A stretch of DNA of 63,660 nucleotides, filler included, from Albugo candida (GCA_040437565.1; 34 parts of 34 records of this genome joined end to end with filler, not necessarily neighbours in it), one strand, 5' to 3'. Positions 36,202-48,981 are shown, counted from the whole stretch's first letter. Program-made: numbers and translations. The notes: a model not told the origin generated them from the letters alone.

Positions 36202-38160
36202 NNNNNNNNNNNNNNNNNNNNNNNNNNNNNNNNNNNNNNNNNNNNTTAATTAATTAANNNNNNNNNNNNNNNNNNNNNNNNNNNNNNNNNNNNNNNNNNN
36301 NTTAAAGACGTTTCTAGTAGCTTCTTTGCATTTTAGTTATACGCATAAACATTTTGTGAATGTCAAATGGTAGAGAATTAGCCGAAGACATAAAAAAATT
36401 TGAAACAAAAAAATGTCTTCCTCAAAGATGAGTGAAATTTATTGAGGAGACCAATTAAATATTTGTTTATTTGTAATAAAATATCGTAATCAAAAATCAA
36501 TTTTCAAGTGATTCTTTAGCCACACTCTTGTTCGCTGCTCTCGATCTCGTTCAGCATTTTTGCCATGTGCACTCCAGTAGTTCAATTAAATGAGGGCTGT
36601 TAAAGAAAAAAGTAATGAGTTCACATGTAAAATTGCGATTCCGAATTTTCAAAAATTGAGACAAAATTAAGGTTTCGGCGTTTTAAGATTTAAGGCACTT
36701 TATTTCATTAAAGGTGGTCAAATTTTCAGAAAGGTTGAGCTGATTTTATTAAAAGTGACCAAATTTCTAGTTTAAACGATAAGAAAACAAAACATTAACA
36801 TTTTATTTGGTTTGAATGATTTTTTTTTATAAATCTGACCTGAAATTCGGTTTGGCTCACTAAAAATTCATTTTTCCACCGAAAAAAAAACAATGGATTT
36901 TATGTAAATATGTAAGCCCAACCGTAATTACGGTTTCATTAATTAAAAATGAGTTGTTTAGCCTATTACTTGGTTTTATCTATTATTTTTGTCAATCCAA
37001 ACCAAAATCAATGCGAAAAAAATTAAGTAGAACAAACAGAAAGCCACTCGACGAGAGTACCGGTTTTTACATATAAATTCACCTTTTTTCTTTCTCTTTT
37101 TTTCTTCTTCTTTTTTTTTTTTTTTTTTTGTCTCTTTTTTTTCTTTACACATAATAAATATAAACGGCACTAAAGAAATTGACACGACACAAGACTGTAA
37201 CAATTTTATGGTATATTTATTAAAACTACCACAATAAGCTATTTCAACTAACGAGTTTACTCTTTTACGCTACTAAGATACACTTCTATTACATGTGAAG
37301 AACACTGGTATGCCGTTTTTATTGTAATCTTAGTACAATATTAAGAAGTTGCCATCCTTAGTGCGCCCTAGGTTAACAAATATCTTTTTTATATGAATTG
37401 TTCATGTTCATGATAATCATCATTTCTTTTCTGCTTGGATTATTCAGTTATAAATAGAGGTTGTAAATGTAAAGCCGCTGCAGTTGTATAGTATTAGTAA
37501 ACATTATATGACTTTCTACAACATAATTATTCCTTTCTCTTTTATTTTTTCCTATACTATGATATTTAATTCATCTCAATAAAAAAAATCTTGCTATTGC
37601 TATATACATAATTTTTACACATCGTCTTATTTTTTAAATGATAAAACCAGTTTTAAATGAATAAGAGCAATAATACCACGGACGCAATGGTATTTGAAAT
37701 TGATTTCAACATTGTGGGAAGCATTTACCAGGTTAAAACCATTAGAATTTATTATAATGAGATATGCACCAAATAAACGGTCGAATAAATAAACATGAGA
37801 ATGATAGACCAGATACCAGATAAAAGGTTCATTTTATCTTCTTTCTACAGCTTTCAACCAAATTTAAGGTCAAAGAACGCAAATATCTCATACAAACCAA
37901 TTTTTCGGTTTGAGAAATCAAAAATCAATTATTCATCAAACTTTATTAGGTGAGCTAAACCAAAAATCAATTTCTCGTCAATTTCTTGGTAAAAATGCTA
38001 CAATTTTCGGTGGGCTCAACCGGCAATTAATTGCCTTGGTGTAAAAAGAGCACCTACTTANNNNNNNNNNNNNNNNNNNNNNNNNNNNNNNNNNNNNNNN
38101 NNNNTTAATTAATTAANNNNNNNNNNNNNNNNNNNNNNNNNNNNNNNNNNNNNNNNNNNN

Positions 38161-38253
38161 ATAATTTCTATTTGCAGTTTTTGCGGAGATAATTTTGTGA
38201 AGTCTATTTTATTATGTGTGAGGACGTGCTCGGACACATCATTGCCCCCCACC
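38161..38253 (-). mobile_element. Polypurine tract and start of the 3' LTR
   Basis: GGTGGGGGGCAA|TGATGTG lies downstream of the integrase. The LTR begins at 38241. Confidence 0.75.
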
Positions 38254-38555
38254 AGACTGAACAATAGTTATGTTTTACAAAGTAAGTAGTGTGCATTGAA
38301 TAAAGTATAAGGTCGTGTATGATACATTTGTAGAATGTGCGAATCCATTTATTAGTTAATACTTAGAGTGCATAAATGTTAATGACTTTATTGAGTTTGA
38401 CATGTATATAAAATTATATGTATGTGTAAGTGATCGTAGTAATAATTTTTGCCAGTAAAAGTTTCTCCCTGTGTAAGTTGTTCTGGTAATTGTTTGTATA
38501 TGTAAAAAAATAAAAAAAATAAAAAAAAGGAAGAGTATAAAAAGGTTGTATATTA

Positions 38556-39914
38556 TTACTTGGAATTGTTCTTTTTCTTTGAAGAAGTAGTAGAACGCGT
38601 TTTCCTTGATCTTGAAGAAGCGATGACTTTAGCATTTTTATTGCTGTGTTTATTGCGATCAGCTTTCTTTCTATTTGCGTTATTAATAGAAGGTACAAAC
38701 TTATTATTAGAAGTCTGTGCGTTTCTTCTTTTCCAATATAATTCAATATGGTACTTTGAATCAAATTGTGATTCTTTTTCCCATGTATTCTCCTTAGGAT
38801 CATCATAGCCTTTCCAGTGAACTAAATATTCATATTCACCATATTCACCACGATGTGCGACAATAGCTTGAACTTCATAAACATCATCATCGAGAACGTT
38901 TTCTGTTGTAGAATTTGAAGTTTTATCTTCACGGATCAATTTTATATGATGTGTAGGTACGTCTCGAGATAATAAGTTATTAGCAGGATCTACTAAGATG
39001 TATGAGTTGTTACTACTGTATCCCGAAATGATAAAAGGACCACTAAATTTGGTGTCGACTTTTCTGTTTTTATCAATATTTTTAATCATGACTTTTCTTC
39101 CAATAGGATACTTTTCATCAAGAACACGATGGTTCTTTTTGAATCTAGCATGATCCTGTTCTTGGGTTTCCTTTATTAATTTAGAAATTTGAGGAATTAC
39201 AACTTCTTGAGCATATTTCAATCGTTGTGCAAGTAATGATGTATCAGCTTTTTCGGTACTTAAAGTAGGTTTTACTTTTGAATAGTCAGTGAAGCCATTT
39301 GGCTGTTTATTAAATAGAATGGAATAAGGTCTAGACTTATGAATTTTGGAATACTTTAAGTTCATGGCTAGCTGAATACCGTTGAGATAAAGATCCCAAT
39401 CGTCATGCTTACCACGTAACATTTTCACAATAGCTGCTTTAGCAGTACCAACAAATCTTTCTGTAACACTGTTACCGAGAGGATTATAGGGTAGTGATAA
39501 TCGTCTATCAATCCCTGATAACAAGATAAGTTTAGATACGACTTCGTTAACAAACTCAGAACCGAGATCACTTGTAAGTACTTTTGGAAATGAAAATAAA
39601 CAAAATATACTAAGTAATTCTTTAGCTACAGACAGAGCAGTTTTATCAGGAAGTGCGCGTAATATGGTAAAACGTGAAAAGTGATCTACTAAAACTAAGA
39701 TATAATTGTTTCCTGAAGCAGAGGTAATATCGAATGTACCTAAGTCCATACTCCAGTGATCCAATGGTTCTTCTGGTAAGATACTTCTAAAAGGATGATA
39801 ACCCACTTTAGAAATGTTATGATGAGCACAAGCGTCACAATTAGAAATAACTGTGGTTATTTGTTCTCTCATATTCTTCCAGTGCATTTTGTAGTCGTGA
39901 TGAATAGTATTCTC
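38556..39914 (-). mobile_element. Ty3/Gypsy chromovirus integrase with chromodomain (5' partial)
   Basis: Cx2C of the zinc finger, DDE core (SMDL, TSDLGSEF, TERF), GPF motif, and chromodomain YEVQAIVAHRG..YEYLVHWKGY...NTWE. Confidence 0.95.
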
Positions 39915-40064
39915 NNNNNNNNNNNNNNNNNNNNNNNNNNNNNNNNNNNNNNNNNNNNTTAATTAATTAANNNNNNNNNNNNNNNNNNNNNNNNNNNNNN
40001 NNNNNNNNNNNNNNATGTGTTTGAATGTATTGTGTTGTTGGGTAGCGCATTTTGACGCATCTGA

Positions 40065-40137
40065 GCGCGGCTGGCGCAATAGATAGCGTATCAGACTTCG
40101 AATCTGGGGGTTGCGGGTTCGAGTCCCGCGTCGCGTA
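40065..40137 (+). tRNA. tRNA-Arg(TCG), possibly a pseudogene
   Basis: Acceptor GCGCGGC/GTCGCGT, anticodon arm TCAGA-CTTCGAA-TCTGG, T arm GCGGG-TTCGAGT-CCCGC. The D-loop has AG where GG is normally conserved. Confidence 0.85.
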
Positions 40138-40798
40138 GTCACTTTGTCGAAATCACACCATGTCTGCGGAAGACACCATGCGGCAAACCTGACTGGACGA
40201 CAACGTCTCGAACGCATTGCTGCATGTACTATCCACATACAGAAGAACTGCTTTGTACCACTTCCCACAAGCGCAACTTGAATAACACCAATCCGTCTTC
40301 ACGGCGATGCGCATACACTCGCTTCCCACATCTGACGCTCCGATCAATTTTCTCACTTTACACACTATATCATACAGATCGCACAGATCACGTATGTGAG
40401 AGGTGGATATCACACCTATTGAATGCAAGTGTGGCTTGGCACAGGACCTCTGTTTTGCGTCAATATGTAGCTTTGCAACACACGACCCACGATTGCTCGG
40501 ACAATTCCAGGCGCCAAACTTCTCGCCTCCAAAGGCTATTTCGAGCTCGCAAATATGAGTACGTCGTTTATAATGAGTCCAATACAGGCTGGTAGAAACG
40601 ATCAATGCTCAGATAGCGCATCAGTTGCGTTGCGCGCCGCCTCACAGATTATGTGTGTCAGGGTGTGAGCCAAGTGTTGCTGGCGTGAACGATCGAAATA
40701 GGTGAGAGGAGATGTCGCCGTCCGATCGGCTCTGTGCGCGTATTAAATGATGTTCTTGTTGTTAAAACGTAGCGATCAGGCAAGGTGTGTAAGGTGTA

Positions 40799-40880
40799 TG
40801 TTGCGAGTTACAAGCAGCAGCCGTAGTGACGTAGTGTTGCAAGTTACCAGTAGCAGCCGTAGTGATATAGTGTTGCGAGT
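40799..40880. repeat. 36-bp tandem repeat, about 2.3 copies
   Basis: TGTTGCGAGTTACAAGCAGCAGCCGTAGTGACGTAG-like units at 40799, 40835 and 40871. Confidence 0.8.
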
Positions 40881-40949
40881 AGTTTGAAGCGATGATATCG
40901 TAGATGAAGTGTTGTGGTGGAGCAATGAATACCGTACTTAATCGAATCA

Positions 40950-41020
40950 GCAGATTGGCGCAGTTGTTTAGCATGTCGAACGCCACTCAGTGGGTGTGGG
41001 TTCGATTCCCGCTGGGTCAA
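40950..41020 (+). pseudogene. Degenerate tRNA (Gly-GCC-like) or tRNA-derived SINE head
   Basis: A-box-like TGGCGCAGTTG, ACGCCAC loop and intact T arm GTGGG-TTCGATT-CCCGC. The acceptor and anticodon stems are broken. Confidence 0.55.
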
Positions 41021-41893
41021 ATTGATTGTTGTTGTCCCCTGCGACCTGGTCTTTCGGATGCACCGGAGCTTCGAGCACCCGAAGCTCATCTACCAATGTA
41101 GCAGCACCTTCATTCCACAAAAACATAGCGGAACGTTTACCGAAACGAATTTCCTACCCTTTCGCTCGCCTCTTCCTTTCGGTCGATTGTAGAGATAGCG
41201 TCAAAAACAATACTACGCGCATACGTCACGACTATCTCTTGCAGTGCTTTTGAAAACAATCCTCGCTTTGTTCGTCATGTCGCGTATGTAGATGAAAAGT
41301 TGCGCTTTGACCGATCAAGCCTACATTCACCACGAGGTCATCGGTGCGTAACGCTACAAAGCTCATATCAGTGCCGAATACGTGAAGGATGCTGAAGGTG
41401 TGCGATGTAGTGAGTGCGGAGAGAAGTGGAGGGCAGTGTCGGAAAGTGACATTTCGTATCTATCTGGATACAAGATATAGACCGGTTTGGTCTTCTTGAG
41501 TAGTGCTCTTTTGTTCAGTAGATGAGGTCGTTCCAGAATGTTCTGGGCATAGGTGAACGTGTGGCAGTGTCATAGGCTGCAGCACTGAAAAAGCTCACTT
41601 CGCGATCAGAAAGACACTGATGAGGCCAGCGGCGGGGGATGAAACGTGTCTGGCACGCGTGCGTACGCAACGTCTTTTTGTGCTTGTTGGTTAGTTTGGT
41701 GCAGGCAATGTGTAGCGTTCGTGTTTGTGTTTGTGTTTGTGTGTAGTTTGTGTTTTGGTAGGGCTAATNNNNNNNNNNNNNNNNNNNNNNNNNNNNNNNN
41801 NNNNNNNNNNNNTTAATTAATTAANNNNNNNNNNNNNNNNNNNNNNNNNNNNNNNNNNNNNNNNNNNNAAAAAAAAAAAAACTTTTTTTTTAG

Positions 41894-43441
41894 TGCATCA
41901 CCCAACAAAACTCGTTTCTTTTTCGAACATTGCGAAGACTTTGGCCTCAAAAATTGCATTTAATTTTGGATGTTTGTACTCGATGGAACTCGATTTACGA
42001 TATGTTGGAGAGAGCACTTCTTTTGTTGATGGCCTATAATAAAACTTGTGACGAATCCGAACCCAGTGATGTTTTGCGTACTTTGAGGATTAGTGAAGAG
42101 GAAAAAATGTTTATTATTAAGGTGAAAAAGATCTTAAAGCCATTTAAGACAAACACAACTTGGATCAGTGGTGAAAAGTAAGTACTATTTTGAAATAAAT
42201 ATTTATCAGTCAGTTAAACAAATTTCTTATATACTTTATTTTCCATTTGACCCTGTAGGTATCCCACTATAAATTTTTCAGTTTTAATTTACAACAATTT
42301 AATCGACAAGCTTGATGAGAATATTTTGTTGAATTATTCAAAAAGAACAACTAGCATCACCATTGAAAATGTCTTGGATGATGAAGACGTAATGAACGTA
42401 GTAACTACGGAAAATACGATCGTAAAAAGTTGTATTTTAGCCAGAAAGAAGCTTGTCCAGTACTATACTAAAACCGACCAATCCAACGTTTTTGCGATTG
42501 CCACCGCTATGGGCCCAACTTTGAAGTATCAATATTGGAAGGTACAAGGATGGGATGATTTTGCCGACGATGCCGAAATGGTGGTGAATGATGAATGGAT
42601 AACTAAGTACAAGAGTTATTCTTCTGGCCAGTACTCCGGACAACAACAACAACAACAACAGGATGATCATTGCGAAGATGACAGTGACAGTGATGATGAT
42701 GCTTTCGATGATTCTCAACAAAAAATTCAAAAGACAGCACCTAGTTCTGGAGGAAATGATAATGATGAGTTGACTTACTATGTTGCAGCAAGTACAATGG
42801 TTGCATCAAGAAATAAAAAAACCAGCAAGGGTAAACATAGAGCTCCTTTATCTGAACCGTTGAATGCTGAAACCCCTGTCCCCTCTCCAGTGCCGAACGA
42901 TATGCAAGATGAGAATGACGACGACACAACTATTGATGAACTTTTCCTTCTTGCTGCTGGTAACCAATTCGAACAAGAAGAGCCTGTAAAGGGGTCAAGT
43001 GGGAGTGTTTTATAAACTAGAAAGTAATAAACGCGAAAATACGATAAGACAAAGATATGGTTTTTATTAAGAAATGTGGAGGGTTTATATAGACGTTTTG
43101 ACATTTAAGTAACGCTAAATGGTGTAACTGTATATCATAGCGGTGAAATTATTGACATTATTATGTCCGTGAGCGCGGTAATAGATTTTGACAGATAAAA
43201 TTTATTTTATGTTGTGTATACAACAGGGAGAACGGATGTTATTAATTTTTGGATGAAAGAATCTGGTGATCTTGTTCAGGGTGGCCAGTATCCACATTTG
43301 TCAAAAATGGCTAAGGACTATTTACAGATACCAGCTACCTCAACTTATTTGGAAAGATTGTTTAGCAGAGCTAAAAGGGTGATTATTACCAGCTCCCGAC
43401 CAAGACTTACTTTTGAAAATGTAAAAATAATTATGCTATGA
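41894..43441 (+). mobile_element. hAT transposase, 3' half with dimerization domain
   Basis: LDVCTRWNSIYDMLER, ILKPF, YPT, and YPHLSKMAKDYLQIPATSTYLERLFS. Introns at ~42178-42258 and 42831-43226. Confidence 0.9.
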
Positions 43442-43722
43442 AGTTTTTGGATTATTCCCCTTGAAGAAGAAAGAAGAAGATCTTAAACAAGAATAATTCT
43501 TTACCATCTCGCCTCTTTCCTTCGGTTCTCTCGTTCACTTTTTCTTTCGTTTCCTTTTCTAGTTGTCTTTGGCTTTTTATCTTTTTTCCCTCTCCTATCC
43601 TCTATGAAACGATTTTTTTTTTNNNNNNNNNNNNNNNNNNNNNNNNNNNNNNNNNNNNNNNNNNNNTTAATTAATTAANNNNNNNNNNNNNNNNNNNNNN
43701 NNNNNNNNNNNNNNNNNNNNNN

Positions 43723-44440
43723 GAAACCGTGTGTATGATATTGTACTGTGCCAGCATAATGACGTATCTCAAAATCTCGACCACGCTTCGCAAAGTGAGG
43801 ATGATTTTGATGAGTACTGGTGACCTTATCCAAGAATGTTTTGTCGATGGCTTCGCCTTCCTGTGAATGCATCGTCTTAACTGTATCATCCAGAACCAGA
43901 AAATTCCGGGAGCTTCAGCTACTATTTGTGTTGTTTGCTTTGCATAGTTTGCATCCATCAAATTACAAGCTACCTTATCATTAAAGAATGGGATGAAAGT
44001 CTATTCAATGCCTTCTGAAGCATATTCATCTTGTTCTGACCCCGCAACGTTGATAAACGATTGCTGCAATTTTTCGTCCACGTAATTGATACAGAACTGT
44101 TCGAAACGATATAGATCGAACACTTTGAATCCGTAAATATCTAAAATATCAAGTTTAGGCATCTCATCCAGGTTCAGCTAACGGTGGGAGGCATTGGTAT
44201 TTCCTATTAAATATCGACCTTGCATGTCCAATGCGTGGTTGATGCGCTCAATCAAGAAATCAAATGTCTCCGACATATAGTACATGCGAGTGAATCACGT
44301 GGAGCACATGCTTGGCTGGGATTTTGTGGTACTTGTTACTTCTCTATTTTGCCACCGGGAGACATTGTTTTTGAAAGATTAGAGGCAGAAGTTGAAGGTG
44401 TACTCATCGAAACTGACTCCGGATTATTTACAGCATATAA
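43723..44440 (-). pseudogene. Class I-like myosin motor-domain pseudogene
   Basis: [58 protein letters not shown], and DFEIRHYAGTVQYHTHGF, with stops and frameshifts. Confidence 0.88.
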
Positions 44441-44653
44441 TCACTGATAAAATAGATTCCTTAGAACCATGAGTGGTCTGGTATGCCCGTAGTTCAAACT
44501 CACCGCACTGCTTTTGTGCGAAATTTTCATCTATTTGAAGGGACTGTTTAGTATAGGCACGATTACGAGTGACATTACTTAATGAAAACAAGTTACTCGA
44601 ACCCGTTTTTTGACCTGACCCATGTCTTCTTCCTTTATACAAAGCTGTTGACA

Positions 44654-45474
44654 ATGATGCAAGCCGCTCGGTCATGGGATGATCTTAAACAAACAGCGCG
44701 ATCTTTGGAACGTCAGTTGGAAGTAAACATCACCGCCTTGAATGAAATGAGCAAGAGGATGAACAAGTGCACTTCTACATACTTTGATGAAGGTGTACGC
44801 CTGCTTTCTCGTTGAATAGCATTCAAACCACTATGACAAACTCTATAGAGAATCCCACCCTCGGGAGACAAGAAGAAAGAATTCTGATATGTAATATTGA
44901 GACCAATTTGGGAAGAGTTTGTGATATCTTTAGTTTGTTTATATCGAAGGAGTGACTGTAACAGCAGCAATTTTGTGACTTGCAGCTTTCAGAAACAATT
45001 GATGACATGAACTCGTATATACAAAATTCCTCGAGTAAAGTGCAAGAAGCTTTGTTGCAACGCTATCGAGAGATTTATTTTGATCTCAAATCGGACTTTC
45101 GAAGGAGCACGGTGCCGTTCAACATCAATTTCATACAGGATCTCATTTCACGTGTCGTCATTACTGATAGGCCGTCATTCAGGAGAAACGGGATGCAGCA
45201 AATTTATTTGGAAATAGGTTTGTGAACGCAGGATTTGTGATACATTCATTTGTTTTCTAAAAGTGTTCTCGAGGTGAAGATCAAGTTTTGCTGCTGGAAA
45301 CGATTCAGATGTTGAAGGATTATTACATGAACGATCAAAGGTGGAATCTTCCCGATCACTTGCGAGCACGATTCTTCAGTAATCTCTTGCACAATTTATC
45401 TCCAACAATGCAAAGACTCACGTGTTTTAGGCAGGCTATGGCAGCAAAGAATGCTTTGGAGAATCAACGATCTC
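44654..45474 (+). CDS. GOS1: Golgi SNARE GOS1/GOSR1, multi-exon (3' partial)
   Basis: SWDDLKQTARSLERQLE, LLQRYREIYFDLKSDFRR, LLHERSKVESS and QAMAAKNALENQRS, separated by short GT-AG introns. Confidence 0.88.
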
Positions 45475-45611
45475 NNNNNNNNNNNNNNNNNNNNNNNNNN
45501 NNNNNNNNNNNNNNNNNNTTAATTAATTAANNNNNNNNNNNNNNNNNNNNNNNNNNNNNNNNNNNNNNNNNNNNTTACCTATTTTTGAAAAAAAAAAATA
45601 TAATAAAAAAC

Positions 45612-47117
45612 ATGTCTACAAACCCTAATAACAATATGGCTATCATTCAAATGTTCAATCATATTCAGAATATAAACCGCAACAACGCTCAAATTTACAA
45701 GATGATTTTAGAAAAGCGTATGATCATGATGAATTTCTTGAATACCTTGGGTCTTTCAGTCCATGAAAATTATTTCAGATTGTTCCCACTCGATGCTTTC
45801 GCATCCACAGAATTCGAAGTAGAAACAGAGGAAGGAGAAGTTGTCCGACAAAAGTTTGACAAGTATATCAGATGGCACCTTTCTTTAAATGACAGCCGAG
45901 GAGGTAGCTATAGTAGCTTCCAACGTCATTATCGCGTTGATAGAGATACTTTTGAGTATATAGTAGAAAGATTGGAACAACACCCATTGTTTGTATCTTC
46001 AGCACACAATTTTACTCCATGCTGGCTCCAATGTGCCTTTGTTATTTGGAGATTGGCTAATACCCATATTAGCTACAGAATGGCATTCACTAACTTTGGA
46101 GTATCAGATGGAAGTTTTATAAACTTTACAAGACGCGTTTGCCAAGCATTAATTGAAGTTTTCAAGCAGGAAAGAATTGTATGGCCCACTACACCAGAAA
46201 GAGCTGAACAAATCAGACAAGGATTTGCTTCACCTGCAAATGTATATAGAAGAAACAGTAACAGACGCCAAATAAGATTGCAAAATGTTATTGGAGCTCT
46301 TGATGGTAAAAATGTAGTCATCCATGCTCCTACACCTCAAGAGTACGGAGCTCAGTTCATGGACAGAAAGAGTCAGTATAGTGTCAAACTAACTGCTGTC
46401 TGTGATCATCTTTGTAGGTTTACCTATATTCGTGTTGGTGACTCAGGTAATATAAATGATGAAAAAGAGAGAAAAATAGTTTAGTACCGTATCGTTAATA
46501 AATAGTACAACACTCACATCACTTATTATACAGGTCGCAGTCATGATGCAGCTGCCTTTGCTCTAAGTATGATTCCTACCTTTATTAATAATCGTCAAAG
46601 ATTCTTCCCTTTGCCCAATTCGTACATAGTTGGGGGTACGTACACAATTCCATATTCCTATTCCACAAATCATCCATCATTACCATTATGAAATACCCTA
46701 CTGATTAAAAAACTAAATTAATTTTTTATAGATTCTGCGTACCCTATGAATGTACACTTACTCATCCCCTTCCCGCAATCAGAAAGCAGAGTCAACTCAA
46801 AGAAGAAATTCAATAAAGCTCTTTCTTCTACTAGAATGGCAATTGAGCGTGCTTTTGGTCTTCTTGTTGCTCGTTGGAGATTTTTGGGGAAAGAAGTATT
46901 TATGATCGATATTCAAGACATTTGTATGGTCATTACATCTGCATGTATTCTTCACAATATTTGCATTGACATGGATGACAGCACTAGTTTCCTGGAAAGC
47001 GAAATTTTTCCAAGACGAGAAGATGAAGATGAAGAAGAAGATGAAGCCAACGTGACGTCAAGAAGAGCCGTCGCTGCTGCAATCTCAAGACGCAACGCAG
47101 AAATGAATTCTTTATAA
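45612..47117 (+). mobile_element. PIF/Harbinger transposase (DDE_Tnp_4), apparently intact, three exons
   Basis: Exons 45612-46446, 46534-46635 and 46732-47117 give VIGALDG, GRSHDA, GDSAYP and RMAIERAFGLLVARWRFL. Confidence 0.93.
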
Positions 47118-47199
47118 TTGTTTTGTATAATAAAAAGTTATTCTATTTATTGTCATTAATAAAAAAAACTTTCTTTTTAATTATCACTATTATTATTAC

Positions 47200-47239
47200 C
47201 GCTGTTGTTGTTGTCGTTGTTGTTGTCGTTGTTGTTGTC

Positions 47240-47293
<54 letters not shown>

Positions 47294-47317
47294 GCTGTTG
47301 CTGTTGTTGTTGCTGTT
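47200..47317. repeat. (GTT)n/(AAC)n microsatellite
   Basis: Directly visible. On the minus strand it could encode the poly-Asn tail of a convergent ORF. Confidence 0.9.
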
Positions 47318-47423
47318 AGGCATNNNNNNNNNNNNNNNNNNNNNNNNNNNNNNNNNNNNNNNNNNNNTTAATTAATTAANNNNNNNNNNNNNNNNNNNNN
47401 NNNNNNNNNNNNNNNNNNNNNNN

Positions 47424-47601
47424 ATTAGTCCACATGAGTGGCAACCTGTTTCGCTTGAGGCTGTAAAAAAAAGAGTTAGATCGTCAATTTATGTTCTTTA
47501 CAATGTTTAAAGCTACTATTATTACCATTGCTATCCTCTGCTACTGAATCAGATGGGGGTTGTCGATCTAAAGATCCGTTAGATGAGTTGATTTCAGACA
47601 T
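47424..47601 (-). CDS. Start of a small spliced gene (3' partial)
   Basis: MSEINSSNGSLDRQPPSDSVAEDSN|ASSETGCHSCGL, with a GT-AG intron near 47461-47525. Confidence 0.4.
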
Positions 47602-47812
47602 TAAGAAAAGTGTTTAGATTTTGAAAAAGAAGTACGATCTCGAGAATATTTAAAAAGTTTTATTAAGGTACGCTTTTTTACACTCAGATTTCTAGAGCCT
47701 TCCCGCAATTTTTATTTTGAAGTGTGACAGCTTATTTAAATTTGTGACCGTAAACTAACTTTTAAAAACACCATATCATTTTAATAATATTGGGATACAA
47801 CATAACAAATAG

Positions 47813-48981
47813 TTACCTAAGTACAGGTGACAAAGAATAACACACGACTTGAAAAAGGGTGAAAGAATGGGATTCATTCAAATTGACATGGCTGTTGTAA
47901 CCATCTTGCATGATGCCAACGTACAAGATGTAATTGTTCGGGTTGGCTTGAAGCTGGGTATCTTTGTTTAAAATTGATTTAATGTCTTTACCATCAAAAA
48001 TGTCAGTGTAAGTTCCATCAGTTGGTATATAATTACGACTGTAATTTAACGATTGTCTGAAACTGTTGCTGACAAACATCGACTTGATTTGCTCCTTCAA
48101 GTGAACATAATAAACCTTTTGTTTTTTTGTGGGATTTATCTTCTTTTTTAAGTTGAATTTCTTTAATGATTCAGAAAGACAATTTTGACAAGGCTCGCAT
48201 TCAGAGTCAGAAAGCTTGAAGAGGGTACAGCCTCGCATACAAGCCTTGTATTCAGTTACTTTCAGGAAATCTTTTACCAGTTTTGCTACGACTGTTGCAG
48301 AACGGTCAAAAGAAGAGGATTTGACTTTTTCTACTTCGCTATCAATATATTTATTTATATCGTCCGTAGTCCACCCCTTAATAACACCTTGATTTCCTAT
48401 AAAAAAAAATATAAGCCACTGCATATTATAAACTCTTGTTTAACACGTTTACTTTTGTTGGCAAGATCAATAGTGAGATCCTCTCTCTTGCGGAGTTGTG
48501 AGGAATACTCATCGACTTGAAATTGTCCTTTGCATTCTTGGACAGTTATACCGGTTGTGATATACGAAAAGTATATACGAACGCCAGTGCTAATATAAGC
48601 AGGGATAGTAGAACAGTCGTTTAAACTACGGAGCAAATCTTCAGATTCTGCTAAGCACTCCCTGGCAATAGCATCTGAATTGACCTGTCAAATGAAATTT
48701 ATATTAGCTTTCACAAATTTCGATCAGTTTATATTTTTAGTTATTGTTACCATGTCTTCAATAGCGACATTTTCGTCTACTTCGAAAGACTCGACGGGTT
48801 CAACTGTATCTTCAATTCTTTGTAAAGGCTCGTTGATTGTATAAGCAGTTGTTGCAGCTCCTAAGCATTTCTGGGCAACACATTTTTTGACATGACCCTT
48901 TGATTCCTTTTTGTAAACAGGTTTTTTACAATGTTGGCATACGAAAGCAATAGGATTTTTAGAAGAATTTTTAGCGGGCAT
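47813..48981 (-). mobile_element. CACTA/EnSpm (Transposase_21-like) transposase, N-terminal exons, truncated
   Basis: N-terminal CQHC, YKACMRGCTLF..C..C, YTDIFDG, VGIMQDGY and CYSLSPVLR. Confidence 0.8.

Noticed and set aside
21184-39914. Gag contig (21184) and integrase contig (38161) as one element
   Set aside because: They are separate contigs, and the visible LTR ends (TGATGT... and ...ATCACA) are not clear inverted matches, so linkage cannot be shown.
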